DNA from: a virus
Taxonomy: Duplodnaviria > Caudoviricetes
Strand: one strand, 5' to 3'
Virus record (IMG/VR): IMGVR_UViG_3300036768_000895
Location: 1-39,062 of that record
Length of the DNA: 39,062 bases
Below the pieces are notes generated by a model. The model made no database searches and was not told the origin of the DNA. It saw only the letters and a list, made by a program, of their open reading frames with translations. A program made the translations under genes and the position numbers. This document shows positions 35,234-39,062 of this stretch, one piece after another (the stretch's first letter is position 1; each line of letters starts with the position of its first letter).

Positions 35234-36688
35234 ATGCCGATCATGATGGACCTGGGACAGCTTCTCGCGGAGCAAGACCCGTCGAAACAGCCGGCCAATG
35301 GGCAGATGGTGCTGCCGCACGTGGCGACGTTCGCGGGCATGGCGACCAGTCTTGCCAAGGTGTACCGCATCGCCGACGAGGCCCTGCTGCATTCGCGCGA
35401 AAACGCCCGCGCGATGCGCAACGACCTGGCGATCATGGAATGCGTTGAGGCGAGGCAGCGGGCTGTGGCCCTGCTGAGCTGGCATATCGAGCATGACCCG
35501 TCGGACCCGGTGCAGCGTGCGCTGGCGGCCGACGTGACCCGATGCCTGGAAGCGATCCCGCGGTTTACGGCCTATCGCGAAAACCTGCTGCACGCCGTGT
35601 TCTACGGGCGCTATGCCGTCGCGCAGCGGTGGCGCTGGCGATATGTGCAGTCGCGGCTGCGCCTCGTGGTCGATGCGTGGCGGCCCGTACATGGCGACAA
35701 GATCGTCTATCGCGTGCCAGAGGATGCCGAGGATGAAGCGGACGCCGAAGCGTGGCGAATCGGCATCCTGGTGGGCTCGGCGTACAAGGCGGGCGATATG
35801 GTGGCCGGCAGATGGAAGGTCGAAGCGACCGACCGCGGGCTGGCCTATTTCCTGGAGCCGTGGGAACGGCCGCTGCTGGCGGTCCATACGCACAGCATCG
35901 AGGACGGCGAGTTCGAGGTCCCCTATTCCGCCGACCGGCTGCACGGCGTCGGCTTGCGCTCGCGCATCTACGCCACCTGGTACCAGAAGCAGGAAACGCT
36001 GGCCTGGCTGATGGAATACATGGAGCGCTCCGCGCTGGGGTTCGAGATTTGGTATTACCCGTGGGGCAATCCAGCAGCGCGGGCCGCCGTGGTGAAAGCG
36101 GCCGAAGAGCGCAGAGCAAACATCAATCAAATCCTGGTCCCGAAAATCATGGAAGGGGACAGTTTCACGCCCACCTACGACCGGATCGAGCCGTCAATGG
36201 CCGGAGCCGAGGCCTTGAAGACGATCATCACGGAATACTTCGGGCATCTGATCAAGCGCTACATCATGGGGCAGACGCTGACCAGCGAGGCCGGTTCGAC
36301 CGGCCTGGGCTCGAACCTGGCCGACATCCACCTGGCAACGTTCCTGCAAATCGTGCGGTATGACGCGGTGAACCTGGAGGAAACGATCACGACCGACCTG
36401 GTGCGCCCGCTGCTGGCGTTCAATTTCCGGCGGACCGACCTTCCCCTGCGGTTCAAAATCGACACGGAGAGCGAGGGGGCCGCCGAGCGGCTAGACGCCA
36501 TCGAGCGGGCCGCCAAGCTCGGCCTGCGCATCCGCAGCGAGGACGTGTACCGCACGGTGGGGCTCACCAAGCCGACCATGCAGGACGAGGTGCTCAGCGG
36601 TGCGTATGGCCAGCCGGCCGCCGCAGGGGCCGGAAATCCCGCCGATCAGCCGCCAGGAAGCGGTCCCCCGGAATGGGGAGGCGCTTGA
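35234..36688 (+). CDS. Portal protein, DUF935/Mu gp29-like
   Basis: AVFYGRY.V...W, G.GL, YMER, IMGQTLTS, L..DLVRPL..FNF. Confidence 0.85.
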   Translation: MPIMMDLGQLLAEQDPSKQPANGQMVLPHVATFAGMATSLAKVYRIADEALLHSRENARAMRNDLAIMECVEARQRAVALLSWHIEHDPSDPVQRALAADVTRCLEAIPRFTAYRENLLHAVFYGRYAVAQRWRWRYVQSRLRLVVDAWRPVHGDKIVYRVPEDAEDEADAEAWRIGILVGSAYKAGDMVAGRWKVEATDRGLAYFLEPWERPLLAVHTHSIEDGEFEVPYSADRLHGVGLRSRIYATWYQKQETLAWLMEYMERSALGFEIWYYPWGNPAARAAVVKAAEERRANINQILVPKIMEGDSFTPTYDRIEPSMAGAEALKTIITEYFGHLIKRYIMGQTLTSEAGSTGLGSNLADIHLATFLQIVRYDAVNLEETITTDLVRPLLAFNFRRTDLPLRFKIDTESEGAAERLDAIERAAKLGLRIRSEDVYRTVGLTKPTMQDEVLSGAYGQPAAAGAGNPADQPPGSGPPEWGGA

Positions 36689-36742
36689 CGGAGGGGAGGA
36701 TCAAGCGAGAATGCGAGGCGTAGGAGTCTGGAGTCACGGACG

Positions 36743-38239
36743 ATGCCGACGGCCACCGCCAGCCCGACCGCGACGAAGCAGCGCTGGTATATCCTGCGTG
36801 ACGTGCCGGTATTTGCCGAGCACGTGACCAAGGCCCGCAATGGCCGGACGCTGATTTTCAACCGGGAAAACCTCCAGCGGCTGGCCGAAAGCTGCAACCG
36901 CCGCATCCAGCAGACGGGCGATTATGCCGCAGTGACTATCGGACACACGCCCGACCGGGACGCCTTGGCGGCCGGCGCGACGCCGCCGAAAGTGGTCGGT
37001 TTCGCCGGTCCGTTCCGCGTCGGGCGTCTGGGGGAAGGGGAGGACGCCAAGTGGTGCATCTTCGCCGACCTGCGGATTTTCCCGGAGTTTCGCGGCCTGC
37101 TGAAGCATTATCCGCGGCGCAGCGCGGAGCTCTGGCTGGTAGGTGACTACGATCAGATGTACTTGGACCCAATTGCCCTGCTGGGCGCCGAGACGCCGCG
37201 CCTGGACCTGGGGCTCGTGTACAGCGCCGACCGTGCCGGGGTCGTGGTCGAAAAGTATGCAGCCGCGCATCCCTCGGCGACTAGTACGTGCCTGCCGGCC
37301 CCCATCGCGGCAAAGGCCGGCAGCTCGCCACCATCGAAACGGGAAGCATACGCCATGGCGACGAAGACTATCGCAAGTGGGCTCGACGTGGACGAGATTG
37401 TGCAGGCCGTACTGCAAGCGCTCGACGGCTTGGACTGGGTGCAGGCCGCCAAGCAGAAGGCGCAGGACGACCGAGCCGTCAAAATTGAGCCCGAAAGCCA
37501 GAAGGACGCAAGCGGGACCCCAGCGCCAGAGGACGCGGCGGCCGGCACTGCGGAGGAGGAGCCGGAACCTGCCGAAGAGGAGACGGCGGACGTCGAAGCG
37601 TCCGCTGGCCAGGAAGCGCCGCCTGCGGGACCGGACGCAGCCGGCCGCCGCGCCTCGCCACCCGCGGACGACGAGGAGGACAAGGACAAGGACAAGGACA
37701 AGTCGGAGTCATACGCCGCCGAGGATGCCGCGCCGGCCGAAGCGGTGGCGGAGCTGCCGGCCAATGACCCGGTGGCCAAGCTCCGAGCGGCCCTCGAAGC
37801 GGCGATGGCCCCGCTGATTCGCCGCCTGGAAATCGTCGAGTCCCAGCTCCGCGGCGAAGGGGCCAAGGTGCGGGACCTGGAGCGGTACGCCCGCATCGAG
37901 GCCCTGCGGCGGGAAGGCTACCTGATCGACACGGAAGCGACGTTCCAGCGCCTGCGCTACGAGCGCTGCCCATCCGACAAGGAGTTTGAGCGCTCGCTGG
38001 AGCTGTTGCGTTCGCAGGCGGTGCGGGCTCCGGCCGATTTACCGATGCCGCCGACCGCGCCGCGTGGCGGTGCGACAGCCGTGGCCAACGTGTCGGAGGC
38101 CGTCGCGCGTGCCACCGAACAGCAAGCACGCCAAGCGCGTGAGCTCTGCATGGAAGCGCGCAAGCGCGGTTTGACGCCCGATTTTCACAGCACGCTGGCC
38201 GCGGTCGTTGCCGGCCGGCCGGAAGTGCGCCTCAAGTGA
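36743..38239 (+). CDS. Capsid maturation protease/scaffold
   Basis: After portal; IGHT, YPRRSAEL, IALLGAETP catalytic-like motifs, then acidic low-complexity scaffold region. Confidence 0.7.
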   Translation: MPTATASPTATKQRWYILRDVPVFAEHVTKARNGRTLIFNRENLQRLAESCNRRIQQTGDYAAVTIGHTPDRDALAAGATPPKVVGFAGPFRVGRLGEGEDAKWCIFADLRIFPEFRGLLKHYPRRSAELWLVGDYDQMYLDPIALLGAETPRLDLGLVYSADRAGVVVEKYAAAHPSATSTCLPAPIAAKAGSSPPSKREAYAMATKTIASGLDVDEIVQAVLQALDGLDWVQAAKQKAQDDRAVKIEPESQKDASGTPAPEDAAAGTAEEEPEPAEEETADVEASAGQEAPPAGPDAAGRRASPPADDEEDKDKDKDKSESYAAEDAAPAEAVAELPANDPVAKLRAALEAAMAPLIRRLEIVESQLRGEGAKVRDLERYARIEALRREGYLIDTEATFQRLRYERCPSDKEFERSLELLRSQAVRAPADLPMPPTAPRGGATAVANVSEAVARATEQQARQARELCMEARKRGLTPDFHSTLAAVVAGRPEVRLK

Positions 38240-38252
38240 CGGAGACTAGGCC

Positions 38253-38663
38253 ATGCCGGAAGGTTTTCAGGGAATCGCCGCCAGTACGATCAACCTGGCA
38301 CGTTTCGTCAAGAGCAGCGGGAACGACCATGAGTTCGCGCAGGCGGGCGACAACGACCCCATCGTCGGCATTTCGGGCATCGGCAGTGCGCGTCCGCCGA
38401 TTCCCGACGTGGCAACGCACGTGGCTGCGGAAGCAGGGCAGAGTTTCCGCATCCATCAAGAGGGCGAGCGCTGCCTGCTAACCGCAGGGCAGCCGTTTTC
38501 CGCCGGCGCGCGCCTCAAGTCCGATGCCAATGGCAAGGGCGTTGCGATTGCCACCAGCGGGACGACCCCGCAGCGCTACGGCGCCGTGGCCCTGCAAGCC
38601 GCGACCGCCGCGGACCAACTCGTCGAAGTGGTGGTGGTGCTAGGGGTGGAGTCGCCGGCGTAA
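38253..38663 (+). CDS. Head decoration/cement protein (DUF2190-like)
   Basis: ARFVK, VGIS, AG.RLKSDANGKGV, VALQAATAADQLVEV; directly upstream of the capsid gene. Confidence 0.7.
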   Translation: MPEGFQGIAASTINLARFVKSSGNDHEFAQAGDNDPIVGISGIGSARPPIPDVATHVAAEAGQSFRIHQEGERCLLTAGQPFSAGARLKSDANGKGVAIATSGTTPQRYGAVALQAATAADQLVEVVVVLGVESPA

Positions 38664-38713
38664 CGTGATCGCCGCGACGTGGACACGAACACCTACCGCG
38701 AAAGGATGCTACG

Positions 38714-39062
38714 ATGCCTGCTGCTTATCCCAGCGCGACAAACGTTTTCGTTCGCGATCATGCCGCGACCCAAGGACTGGTCGTGGATTTTGCGCGAAAC
38801 CCGACCGATTTTCCGCTCAATCAATACGTCCAGATCATCCCGGTCCAGAAGGTCGCCGGGTATTACCTCGAAATGACCGTCGAGGAAGCGGGTCGCATCG
38901 TCAACAACGACCTGCGCAATTTCATGTGGCCGGATGGGAACCCGGCGCCCGAAGGGCACGCGGGGACGGAGTCGTTCAACTGGAAGGAGTACCGCTGCCA
39001 GCGATACGCCTATCCGGTCACGTTGGGCGATTTGACCGTCGATCAGGCCACGTGGCCGATCC
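38714..39062 (+). CDS. Major capsid protein, N-terminal part (continues at position 128)
   Basis: AAAGGA RBS, ATG 38714, MPAAYPSATNVFVRDHAATQGLVVDFARNP..., in frame with 1-819. Confidence 0.8.
   Translation, partial: MPAAYPSATNVFVRDHAATQGLVVDFARNPTDFPLNQYVQIIPVQKVAGYYLEMTVEEAGRIVNNDLRNFMWPDGNPAPEGHAGTESFNWKEYRCQRYAYPVTLGDLTVDQATWPI
38936..39062. repeat. Terminal direct repeat (circular assembly overlap), copy 2
   Basis: Identical to 1-127. Confidence 0.95.

Noticed and set aside
38936-39062. Biological terminal repeat of the virion DNA
   Set aside because: The 127-nt length and mid-capsid position indicate an assembly overlap

Overview
The window looks like a complete, circularly permuted, high-GC temperate tailed-phage genome of 38,935 bp. 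Bases 1-127 equal bases 38936-39062, and the major capsid gene runs across that join. The host is probably a planctomycete. Almost all genes are on the + strand. The order is: Mu-like head genes (terminase, DUF935 portal, protease/scaffold, decoration, capsid), tail genes with a -1 frameshifted chaperone, an (SSGP)12 protein followed by a GT71/GT2/sulfotransferase-like fusion and an FkbM methyltransferase, a ~8 kb accessory region, then Dam-like methylase, DHH-like protein, Xre HTH, tyrosine recombinase, DUF3631 replication protein with a candidate origin, RusA, and a non-canonical candidate lysis block. The most striking feature is the 14.7-23.1 kb cassette array. It has six copies of a ~200-nt promoter plus three-hairpin leader, nine copies of a conserved H-type pseudoknot element placed just after stop codons, two copies of a ~165-nt covarying structured RNA, and six diverged paralogs of a small protein family I do not recognise. 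It also shows traces of recombination between cassettes, and a tRNA-Ala 3' fragment (likely attP) sits inside it. All calls come from reading the sequence by eye; no database searches were run.
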